Source: Deltaproteobacteria bacterium (GTDB lineage Bacteria; Myxococcota_A; UBA796; SXON01). Taken from it: 51,982 nucleotides of DNA. The notes under the pieces are model-generated. The model saw only the letters and a list, made by a program, of their open reading frames with translations, was not told the DNA's origin and made no database searches. Position 1 is the first letter of the stretch. Each line of letters begins with the position of its first letter. Both the position numbers and the translations under genes were made by a program. The stretch lies in the NCBI GenBank assembly GCA_016875315.1, contig VGRQ01000001.1:1-51982 (forward strand), written 5' to 3'. Positions 43,742 to 51,982 of the stretch are shown piece after piece.

Positions 43742-44679
43742 ACGACCCGCTCATTCTCGGCGCGGTCGCGGCCACGATCCTGTTCGTGCTGTTCCTGGCC
43801 TATGGCATCTGGCAAGTGGTGTCGCCCGCGCGGAGCCCGGTCGACAAGCTCGCGGAGTTCACCGGCGGCCCGGCGGCCGACACGGCCTTCCCCACGCGCC
43901 TGAACGTGCTCACCCGGCAGGCGGCGCGGCTCGCCTCGGGCACGGAAACCGAGCTCGCGGCCACGCGGCGGTGGCTGGTGCAGGCGGGTTTCCGCGGCAA
44001 GGCGGCGCCCGAGGTGTACAGCGCCTCGCGGACGGTGGGCCTGGTGTTCGGGGCGCTGGCGGTGTTCTTGCTCCTGATGCTGATGCGCAAGACCGAGTTG
44101 CTCTGGCTCGCCTCCGGGGCCATGGTCGGGGCGGCGGGCGGCTACTACGGTCCCTTCATCTACGTGACGAACACGCTCCAGAAGCGCAAGGAGCGAATCC
44201 TCCGCGGCTTCCCCGACGCGCTCGACTTGCTGGTGTCGGCGGTGGAGGCGGGTCTCGGCCTGGACAGCGCGTTCCGGCGGGTGGCCGACGAGATGGACAT
44301 CGCGGCGCCGGAGCTGGCCATGGAGCTCCAGCTGGTGTCGCACGAGGTGATGGCGGGCGTGCCGCGGGTCGAGGCCCTCCGTCACCTCGACGAGCGCATC
44401 GGCCTCGACGAGGTGGGATCGCTCGTCAACGTGCTCGTGCAGGCCGAGCGTTTCGGTTCCTCGGTGTCGCGAGCGCTGCGTATCCAGTCCGAGCACATCC
44501 GCGTGAAGCGGATGCAGCGCGCGGAAACCAAGGCCGCGCAGGTGTCGCCCAAGCTCACTATCGTGATGATCATCTTCATCCTCCCCACCCTGCTGATCAT
44601 CCTGCTCGGCCCCGCCGCGATCTCGATGAAGAACATCCTCATCCCCGCCGCGGCCGCGCGGCCCACGGCGAACGAGTGA
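43738..44679 (+). CDS. tadC: TadC-like T2SS-F family platform protein
   Basis: The GTG start overlaps the tadB TGA (GTGA). FPDALDLLVSAVEAGLGLDSAFRRVADEM... is a T2SSF domain. C-terminal TMs: LTIVMIIFILPTLLIILLGPAAI. Confidence 0.85.
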   Translation: MNDPLILGAVAATILFVLFLAYGIWQVVSPARSPVDKLAEFTGGPAADTAFPTRLNVLTRQAARLASGTETELAATRRWLVQAGFRGKAAPEVYSASRTVGLVFGALAVFLLLMLMRKTELLWLASGAMVGAAGGYYGPFIYVTNTLQKRKERILRGFPDALDLLVSAVEAGLGLDSAFRRVADEMDIAAPELAMELQLVSHEVMAGVPRVEALRHLDERIGLDEVGSLVNVLVQAERFGSSVSRALRIQSEHIRVKRMQRAETKAAQVSPKLTIVMIIFILPTLLIILLGPAAISMKNILIPAAAARPTANE

Positions 44680-44681
44680 AC

Positions 44682-45410
44682 ATGCTGTTGCTCGCCACGC
44701 TGGCCCACGCGCTCGCCGATGCACCCGAGGGTGCCGGTCCCGACCTCGCCGACCCCGCGGTGAGGGAGGCCACCCAGCTCGACGTGCTCGACGCGCTGCT
44801 CGACGCTGGGATGGCGGAGCAGGCGCTGGAGATGGTGAGCGAGATGCGGAAAGCGGGGTCGTTCGGCGTGCGGCTCGACGTGGCGCAGGCGCGCGCCATG
44901 CACATGCGTGGGCTCGCCACCGACGCCACCGAGCTCTTGCTCGGCGTGGTGAAGAAACACCCGCGCGAGGCCTCGGCCTGGTCGCAACTGGGCGTGGTGT
45001 ACGCCGACGGCGGCAAGCTGGACGAGGCCGAGACGGCGCTGCGCCGGGCCGCCAAGCTGGCGCCTGGGAACGCAGACATCCAGAACAACCTGGGCTTCGT
45101 GCTCCTCTCCGCCCGGGAGAACGAGGCGGCGATCGACGCCTTCCGGGCCGCACTGAAGATCGACCCCGCGTCCAGGCGCACGCGCAACAACCTCGGCTTC
45201 GCGCTGGTGCGCCTGGATCGCTACGACGAGGCGCTCGAGGCCTTCCGCGCCGCCAACGCCGAGCCCGACGCGCGCTACAACTTCGGCGTGGCCTGCGAGT
45301 CCGCAGGCGATCGCGCCGGCGCCATCACCAGCTACCAGGCAGCCGTTTCCGCCCAGCCGGGCCACCCCCAGGCAGCGGCCGCCCTCACCCGCCTGCTCCA
45401 GGAGTACTGA
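44682..45410 (+). CDS. TPR-repeat protein in the TadD position
   Basis: ATG at 44682, 2 nt after tadC. 242 aa with 4-5 TPR units (ASAWSQLGVVYADGGKLDEAETALRRAAKLAPGNADIQNNLGFVLL...). It is in frame with track ORF 43971..45410. Confidence 0.7.
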   Translation: MLLLATLAHALADAPEGAGPDLADPAVREATQLDVLDALLDAGMAEQALEMVSEMRKAGSFGVRLDVAQARAMHMRGLATDATELLLGVVKKHPREASAWSQLGVVYADGGKLDEAETALRRAAKLAPGNADIQNNLGFVLLSARENEAAIDAFRAALKIDPASRRTRNNLGFALVRLDRYDEALEAFRAANAEPDARYNFGVACESAGDRAGAITSYQAAVSAQPGHPQAAAALTRLLQEY

Positions 45411-45412
45411 CC

Positions 45413-45645
45413 ATGATCGCGCTTTTGACGCTTTTCGCCTGTGGCCAGCCCGCCCACCTGCAGTACGACTTCGGCCGCTCCTTCAACGAGGCCACCGCCA
45501 CGCAGGCTACGCTCGATCGCGCCTCGGCGGCCGACGACGCCTACGCGCTCGCGGGCAAGGATGCCCTCGCCACGCGCGAGCAGGTTCGCAAGGCCGCCAC
45601 CGACACCGAGAAGGGCACCCCCACCGTCACCGCCACGGTCGCGCA

Positions 45646-45649
<4 letters not shown>
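45413..45649 (+). CDS. small lipoprotein (hypothetical) in the tad operon
   Basis: 78 aa. Lipobox MIALLTLFAC. It starts 2 nt after the TPR gene and its stop overlaps the next ATG (ATGA). No recognisable family. Confidence 0.5.
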
Positions 45650-46584
<935 letters not shown>

Positions 46585-46654
46585 GATTTTTGTCTTTGAC
46601 ATGTTGCGGACAGCGGCCGCCTGTTCTAGGCTCTGCGTACCGCAGAGGTACGGG

Positions 46655-47887
46655 ATGATGTGGACTCAGCCCGACCCCCGGGCACGCCGTGCGTGTCGCC
46701 GGGGCACGGTCTCGATCGTCATGCTGGTCGTGACGCTCACGCTGTTGCTGTTCGCGGCGCTGGCCATCGACTTTACCTACGTGCGAACTACTCAGTTCGA
46801 GTTGCACAACGCCGCCGACGCGGCTGCGCACGCCGCGCTGGTGGAGTTGCGACGCTCGGGCGACCAGCGGGCCGCCACCCAGCTGGGACAGGAGCTCGGC
46901 GAGCTCAACGTCGCGGCCGGCGAGCACGTCACCATCGACTCGTCCGCCTTCACCTACGGCGAGTGGGACTACGCCTCCTCCACCTTCCTCCCCGGCAGCG
47001 CGCTGACCAACGCGGTGCGGGTTCGCGCCGACCGCAGCGAGGCGGTGCCCGATGGCCCGGTCGCCCTCCTGCTCGGCCCGATGTTCGAGTTCGACAGCGC
47101 CGACGTGGCCGCCGACGCCGTGGGCGCCTTCCGTAGTCGCGACGTGATGCTGGTGCTGGACGTCACGGGCTCGTTCCTCGAGGAGATGAACGACGCCGCC
47201 GCCGCGGTGGTGTTGTTCCTCGACGAGATGAACTCCCGTCGCCTGCCGAACGATCGCATCGGGCTCAACACCTTCACCGGTGGCAGCCAGATGGTCACCA
47301 CGCTGCGCGAGATCGACGGCAACTACAGCTCCATCCGGTCAACCTGGTACGGCGACGGGCGGTTGAACAAGGACCCCCGCAAGACCCGGGGGCTGACCAA
47401 CTGCTACCAGACGGCCTGCGGCAACCGCAGCTACTGCGGCAGCATGTACCGGCGCAACATCCCGGGCTCCTGGATGCAGTCGTGCAACATGGTGGGTGAC
47501 GACGGCGTGAGCGGCTGGACGAGCCAGGGCCCCGGTCTCCGCGTCGCGCGCCAGCACCTCGACACCAACGACACCTATGGCAACACCAAGGTGATCGTGC
47601 TCATCAGCGACGGTCGCCCCACCTGCCCCGGCTACAGCAACAGCGAGAACAACCCCTGCGCCCTTGCGCGCGCCGCCTACGCATACTCCCAGGCCGACGC
47701 TGCCTACGCCAGCGGCACCAACATCTTCACGGTGTCGATGAACACGTCGCGAAGCACGGCGCAGGAGGCGTTCATGGCCTCCCTGGTGCGCGGCTACGGC
47801 AAGGCCTACAACACCGCCCGCTCCAGCGACCTCCAGGAGATCCTCCTCGAGATCGCACAGTCGATCCCCATCGCCCTGGTGGAGTAG
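46655..47887 (+). CDS. tadG: TadG-like pseudopilin/adhesin with an N-terminal Tad_N helix and a vWA domain
   Basis: ATG at 46655 in frame with track ORF 46382..47887. RRGTVSIVMLVVTLTLLLFAALAIDFTYV is TadE/G-like. DVMLVLDVTGSF is a MIDAS-like DxTGS motif. KVIVLISDGRP is a vWA beta-strand. Confidence 0.75.
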   Translation: MMWTQPDPRARRACRRGTVSIVMLVVTLTLLLFAALAIDFTYVRTTQFELHNAADAAAHAALVELRRSGDQRAATQLGQELGELNVAAGEHVTIDSSAFTYGEWDYASSTFLPGSALTNAVRVRADRSEAVPDGPVALLLGPMFEFDSADVAADAVGAFRSRDVMLVLDVTGSFLEEMNDAAAAVVLFLDEMNSRRLPNDRIGLNTFTGGSQMVTTLREIDGNYSSIRSTWYGDGRLNKDPRKTRGLTNCYQTACGNRSYCGSMYRRNIPGSWMQSCNMVGDDGVSGWTSQGPGLRVARQHLDTNDTYGNTKVIVLISDGRPTCPGYSNSENNPCALARAAYAYSQADAAYASGTNIFTVSMNTSRSTAQEAFMASLVRGYGKAYNTARSSDLQEILLEIAQSIPIALVE

Positions 47888-47890
47888 ACT

Positions 47891-48301
47891 GTGCGCATGC
47901 GGCTCCGCCGAGGCACGACGTCGATCGAGTTCGCGATGATCATGATCGTGTTCTTCGGCATGATTTTCGCGATCATGGACTGGGGCTGGTACTTCTTCCA
48001 GCGCAGCCAGTTCATGGACGCGGTGCTCGACGGCACCCGCCGCGCCGTCACCCGCTCGCAGAGCGACGCCACGCTCGACCCCGCCAGCGCCGCCGTCCAG
48101 TACACCGAGGAGAACCTCACCGACTACGGCATGGACCCAGCGCTCACCACGATCTCTGCCACCTACGAGGGCAGCACCCCGAGCGAGGTGCTCATCGTGG
48201 CAGCGTCGATGCCCTTCGAGCCGTTGATCGGCCTGTTCACGTGGCAACTGCCCGACAACGTCAACGCCCAGATGTCGATGTACCTGGAGATGCAGGACTG
48301 A
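47891..48301 (+). CDS. tadE: TadE-like pseudopilin
   Basis: 136 aa. RRGTTSIEFAMIMIVFFGMIFAIMDWGWYFF is the TadE/TadG N-terminal motif (G/xxxxEF). Confidence 0.75.
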   Translation: MRMRLRRGTTSIEFAMIMIVFFGMIFAIMDWGWYFFQRSQFMDAVLDGTRRAVTRSQSDATLDPASAAVQYTEENLTDYGMDPALTTISATYEGSTPSEVLIVAASMPFEPLIGLFTWQLPDNVNAQMSMYLEMQD

Positions 48302-48723
48302 TGCGCGCGCGCCCTTCTCGCCGAGGCGTGGCCGCCGTCGAGTTCGGCCTGTGGTTGCCGGTCATCTCGGTGATCCTGCTCGCCATCGTGGAGTACGGCT
48401 GGCTCCTGTACCGCCGCAGCGAGGTCACGCGCGCGGTGCGCGAGGGCGTTCGCTACGCGGTGGTGATGCCGCAGACCAGCGTGCCCGACCCCATCACGCT
48501 GGCGGAAACGCGCTGCGAGACCGTGCTCACCGACCTCAACTTCGACCTGAGCGCCGCGACGATCGCCGGAAGCTACAGCGACATCACGGGCGATGCTGCC
48601 GGCACGCCCGACACGCTCACGCTCGATGTCCAGGTGCCCTACGCCGAGGTGACCGGGGGGCTGGTGCCCACGCCGCCCTTCATCGCGGTGTCGATGTCGA
48701 TGATGTTGCAGGACAGCGAGTAG
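48301..48723 (+). CDS. TadE/TadF-like pseudopilin
   Basis: The ATG at 48301 overlaps the preceding TGA by 1 nt. MRARPSRRGVAAVEFGLWLPVISVILLAIVEYGWLLY is the TadE-like motif. 140 aa. Confidence 0.75.
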   Translation: MRARPSRRGVAAVEFGLWLPVISVILLAIVEYGWLLYRRSEVTRAVREGVRYAVVMPQTSVPDPITLAETRCETVLTDLNFDLSAATIAGSYSDITGDAAGTPDTLTLDVQVPYAEVTGGLVPTPPFIAVSMSMMLQDSE

Positions 48724-48738
48724 CTTAGGCGCGGCGCC

Positions 48739-49764
48739 GTGAGCGCCGAGCCCGAAGTCCCGAGCCTAGAAGGTGCCGCGCGGCGGGGGCTCGGCTGGGC
48801 GCTGGTCTTCATGGTCCTTGCCCTCGGCGTGGCGGCGGTGGTGACCACGGTGGGCGAGCAACGCGAGGCGGTCGGCGCCTTGCTCTCGCGCCTCTCCGTG
48901 CCGTGGCTGCTCGCGGCGGCGGCGGTGATGTCGGCCGGCGTGGTGTGCCTCGCGCTCCGCTGGCGGGCGTTGTTCCCGCCCGGCGTGCAGGCCGACGTGG
49001 CGCCGCTGACCACGGTTTTGCTGGTGGGCACGTTGCTCAACTACGCGCTCCCGGGCCCGGTGGGCGAGTTCGTGGGCGCGGCAATGGCGGGGCGACGCTT
49101 CCGCTTCCCGGCGGAGGCCGCCTTCGCGGCCGGGGTCCACGCCCGCTTCATCGGCCTCGGCCTCTCGGGGCTCGGGGCCATCGCGATGGTGAGCAGCGGG
49201 GTGGTGCCGCTCCCGGAGGGGGCGGACACCTGGATCGAGCTGGCGACGGTGGCCATCGGCGGCGGGGCCGTGGTGCTGGCCACGCTCTCGGCGTTCCCGG
49301 CGCGGCTGGCGGCGCTCTCCACCGCCACCCTGGGACGGGTGCGGCTGCTCCGGCGGCTGGATGCCTCCGTGCATCGTTTCGCCGAGGCCCTGGCGCTGCT
49401 TCGCGGCGCGGGCCCGGTTCCCTACCTGCGGGCGGCCGGCTGGGCCCTGGTCGGCCACGGCTGCGTGATGGGGGGCGTGTGGATCGCGGGGTACGCCATG
49501 GGGCAGGCGCCCTTGTTGCCCGGGCTCGTGTTCACCTACGCGGCGAGCACGGCCGGGGCGATCGTGCTGTTCGCCTTCCCGGGCTCTCAGCTCGGCTGGG
49601 ACGCGATGTTCGCCAGCCTCCTCGCCACCTCTGCTGGCGTTGATGTCGCGACGGCGGTTGCGCTGGCATTACTGGTGCGACTGCAACAGTTGGCGCTCGT
49701 CTCCCTGGGCGCCATTGCGCTCACCGGCTGGATGAGGGATGAGTCCGGGGCTCGGCGCGGTTAA
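48739..49764 (+). CDS. UPF0104 / LPG-synthase-TM (flippase-like) integral membrane protein
   Basis: 341 aa, about 8 TM. LALRWRALFPP...LLNYALPGPVGEFVGAAMAGRRF resembles the conserved loop of the lysylphosphatidylglycerol-synthase TM / flippase-like family. It starts 15 nt after the last pseudopilin gene. Confidence 0.7.
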   Translation: MSAEPEVPSLEGAARRGLGWALVFMVLALGVAAVVTTVGEQREAVGALLSRLSVPWLLAAAAVMSAGVVCLALRWRALFPPGVQADVAPLTTVLLVGTLLNYALPGPVGEFVGAAMAGRRFRFPAEAAFAAGVHARFIGLGLSGLGAIAMVSSGVVPLPEGADTWIELATVAIGGGAVVLATLSAFPARLAALSTATLGRVRLLRRLDASVHRFAEALALLRGAGPVPYLRAAGWALVGHGCVMGGVWIAGYAMGQAPLLPGLVFTYAASTAGAIVLFAFPGSQLGWDAMFASLLATSAGVDVATAVALALLVRLQQLALVSLGAIALTGWMRDESGARRG

Positions 49765-49774
49765 ACCGCGCGCC

Positions 49775-50371
49775 ATGATCGCCTTTCTCCTTTCCGTAGC
49801 CCTCGCCGACGACGCGCCTGCTGCCCCCGCGGAGGGCGCGAGCAGGCCCAAGAACGCCAACCTCAGCGTCACCCTCACGCGGGCCGACGGCAGCACCCAG
49901 AAGCTCGCCGTCACCGGCATCGAGCGGAGCGTCGACTTCATGGGCGACCAGGGCTGGTCGAGCGAGGCCAAGGACCTGAAGATCACCATCGAGGTGGGCT
50001 CCACCGAGAAGAACGTCGCCTGGACCGACATCAAGAGCGTGTCGATCACGCCGGCGGCCGTCACCGACGCCGACTGCACCTATTCCTCGGACTTCTCGCC
50101 CTGGATGTACGAGTGTACGCTGAAGACCACGGCCAACCTCGTCATGAAAGACGGGAGCAAGGGCGTGGTGAACAACCGCCACAAGTGGCGCTTCACCACC
50201 GACGACGGCGCGGCGGCGGAGTTCTGGCTCTACAAGCACACCGCCCGCGAGCAAGACGAGCCCAGCGAGAACGGCGAGAACGAGGAAGACATGGGCATGT
50301 ACACCAAGCTGCAAGACCAGCTGCGCACCGAGGTCAAGACCACCCTGGTCAAGTCGGTCGCGGTGAACTGA
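49775..50371 (+). CDS. secreted hypothetical protein
   Basis: ATG at 49775, 10 nt after the previous stop. Signal peptide MIAFLLSVALADDAPA. 198 aa, Lys/Thr/Asn-richer than its neighbours, with 2 Cys and an acidic segment EQDEPSENGENEED. No recognisable family. Confidence 0.45.
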   Translation: MIAFLLSVALADDAPAAPAEGASRPKNANLSVTLTRADGSTQKLAVTGIERSVDFMGDQGWSSEAKDLKITIEVGSTEKNVAWTDIKSVSITPAAVTDADCTYSSDFSPWMYECTLKTTANLVMKDGSKGVVNNRHKWRFTTDDGAAAEFWLYKHTAREQDEPSENGENEEDMGMYTKLQDQLRTEVKTTLVKSVAVN

Positions 50372-51167
50372 AGCCGAGCAGGGCGAGGCGATTGGCCACG
50401 GCGGTGGCGAGGAAGGCCATCTCGCGGAGCTGCTCGTCGGTGAAGCCCCGCGGATCGTGCGTGTCGACCATCTCGATGCAGCCGAGGGCTCGCCCGATGC
50501 CCGCGGTGATGGGCACGCACAGGAGCGTGCGCGTGCGGTGGCCGGTGTGGCGGTCGACGTTCCGGTAGAAGCGGGGGTCGGCGTAGGCGTTGTTGACGAT
50601 GAGCGCGGTGCCGTGGCCCACGCTGTAGCCGGCCACGCCGGCAGTGGCAGGAATGCGCATGGCGCGCAGCCGATGCGCGTGGTCGCCGACGACGTAGCGG
50701 AAGCGCAGGCTATCGCCCTCGCGGAGGAGGGCCGAGCCGCCCAGCGCCCGGGTAAGCCTCACGCCGGCCGACACCGCGATGCCGAGCGCGGCCTCGGTGT
50801 CGATGGCGCGGTTGATGGAGTCGATCGCTACGTTGAGCACTTGCGACGTCGGCGCCACGTCTTCCGTCTCGAAGTCGAGCCGGCTCGCGTTGTCTTCTTC
50901 CTCGTCGGGCGGGGCGCTGAACAGCTCCTCGCTGGCCTCGTCGGGCAAGGGCTCGGCGTCGACCTCGAGCGGCTGCACGGCGAAGCCCTCGCCGCTGCGC
51001 ACGTCGCGCACGAGGAATGTGCCATTTGGAAGGCGCTCGCAGGCGATGCGGTCGGGCGAGGTGCGCACGCCGAGCCGCTCGAGGCCCTCGCCCATGGCGA
51101 TGAGCCAGTTGGCGGCCTCGAGATCCACGCTGCCATGAACCCGCGAGCTGACGCGGAAAACGGGCAT
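50349..51167 (-). CDS. GAF domain-containing protein
   Basis: 272 aa. The C-terminal half GGSALLREGDSLRFRYVVGDHAHRLRAMRIPATAGVAGYSVGHGTALIVNNAYADPRFYRNVDRHTGHRTRTLLCVPI...LGCIEMV is a typical GAF fold pattern. Confidence 0.7.
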   Translation of the reverse strand: MPVFRVSSRVHGSVDLEAANWLIAMGEGLERLGVRTSPDRIACERLPNGTFLVRDVRSGEGFAVQPLEVDAEPLPDEASEELFSAPPDEEEDNASRLDFETEDVAPTSQVLNVAIDSINRAIDTEAALGIAVSAGVRLTRALGGSALLREGDSLRFRYVVGDHAHRLRAMRIPATAGVAGYSVGHGTALIVNNAYADPRFYRNVDRHTGHRTRTLLCVPITAGIGRALGCIEMVDTHDPRGFTDEQLREMAFLATAVANRLALLGFSSPRPT

Positions 51168-51195
51168 GCGGGCGGTTATCCCGGGGCCTGTGCGG

Positions 51196-51982
51196 ATGCC
51201 GTCTCGCCGGGCTCTCCTCGTAGCGGTGGTGATCGTCGCCCTCGCCCTGCGCGTGGTGGGCGTGCAGTTCGGTCTCCCGATGGCGGAGGCACGGCCCGAC
51301 GAGCAGACGATCGCCTACCAGGCCATGAAGTTCGGCCGCGGCGACCTCAACCCTCACTCCTTCAACTACCCGAGCCTCTTCAAGTACATCGTGTTCGTGC
51401 TGTTTGGTGGCGACTACGCGGTGGGGCGCCTGCTCGGCCGCTTCGCTGGGCAGGACGACTTCCTCCGCGCCTTCTTCGCGGCTGAAAGCGAGTTCCGCTT
51501 GCTGATGCGCTTGTGGAGCGTGGCGATGGGTACCCTCGGCGTGGCGCTACTGGCGCGGGCTCCTGGGCGCCTGTGGGGGGCGGCCTTGCTCGCGGTGAAC
51601 TTCCTGCACGTGCGTGACAGTCACTTCGGCGTCACCGACATCACGATGACCACGGCGGTCACGGGCGCGGCCTTGCTCGCGCACCGCTACACGCGCGACG
51701 GAGATCGGCGCCTGTTGCTCGCGGCCGCGCTGGTGGCGGGGTTGGCCACCAGCGTGAAGTACAACGCCGCGCTGCTCGCCGCGCCGATCGCCCTCGCGGC
51801 CGCCTTGCGTCGCGATGCCCGCGCCGGCGCCGCAGCCGCGCCGGTCATGCTCCTCGGCTTCCTCGCCGGCACCCCCTTCGCGCTCCTCGACTTCCGGCAG
51901 TTCATCACCGACTTCCGCTACGAGTTGTCGCACCTCGCCGAGGGCCACCACGTCGACGTGGGCACGGGCTACGTTCATCATG
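51196..51982 (+). CDS. GT-C fold glycosyltransferase (ArnT/PMT-like), partial; continues beyond the window
   Basis: Absent from the track because it is open at the window edge. My translation from the ATG at 51196: MPSRRALLVAVVIVALALRVVGVQFGLPMAEARPDEQTIAYQAMKF...NYPSLFKYIVFVLFG...LATSVKYNAALLAAPIA... It has the DE motif in the first loop and multiple TMs. Confidence 0.65.
   Translation, partial: MPSRRALLVAVVIVALALRVVGVQFGLPMAEARPDEQTIAYQAMKFGRGDLNPHSFNYPSLFKYIVFVLFGGDYAVGRLLGRFAGQDDFLRAFFAAESEFRLLMRLWSVAMGTLGVALLARAPGRLWGAALLAVNFLHVRDSHFGVTDITMTTAVTGAALLAHRYTRDGDRRLLLAAALVAGLATSVKYNAALLAAPIALAAALRRDARAGAAAAPVMLLGFLAGTPFALLDFRQFITDFRYELSHLAEGHHVDVGTGYVHH

Overview
Very GC-rich bacterial chromosomal segment; codon third positions are almost all G/C. 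About 50 densely packed protein-coding genes lie on both strands. I recognised no rRNA, tRNA, CRISPR array, transposase or integrase. All functional calls come from motifs I recognise in the supplied translations or my own; no database search was run. Short lipoprotein signals (LLLAC-type lipoboxes followed by acidic D/T/S linkers), a MYXO-CTERM-like tail and MJ0042-type zinc ribbons suggest a Myxococcota-like organism (inference). Housekeeping genes: gyrA, htpG, pntAA-pntAB-pntB, dapD-dapE, rnd, pirin and an OmpA-family lipoprotein. Four blocks deserve attention. (1) 29.2-36.4 kb, minus strand: a translationally coupled operon of a UbiA-like prenyltransferase, a rifampin-phosphotransferase-like PEP-utilising enzyme, a BtaA-like (DUF3419) SAM transferase, an MMPL/RND exporter and a CoA-binding protein. 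I read this as a candidate pathway for an undescribed envelope lipid, and it is my top candidate for a novel system. (2) 37.5-50.4 kb, plus strand: a complete, contiguous Tad/Flp-type (Kil-like) pilus locus (flp, cpaB, cpaC, tadZ, tadA, tadB, tadC, a TPR protein, a vWA TadG and two TadE-like pseudopilins). It has no prepilin peptidase. It carries two unrecognised lipoproteins, a flippase-like membrane protein and a secreted protein. It is preceded by an AT-rich regulatory island. (3) 16.0-21.7 kb: a PNGase F-like lipoprotein divergent from a GH18 hydrolase, plus a heme-c (CxxCH)-fused PHM/DBH-type copper monooxygenase followed by pirin. (4) Smaller oddities: a sulfotransferase-DUF1214 fusion, a DUF2779-Uma2 nuclease pair, an orphan AAA-ATPase/PD-(D/E)XK protein, and a dapD-dapE-GT-C-rhomboid operon. 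Many long ORFs in the track are GC-driven shadow frames or multi-gene read-throughs and were rejected.
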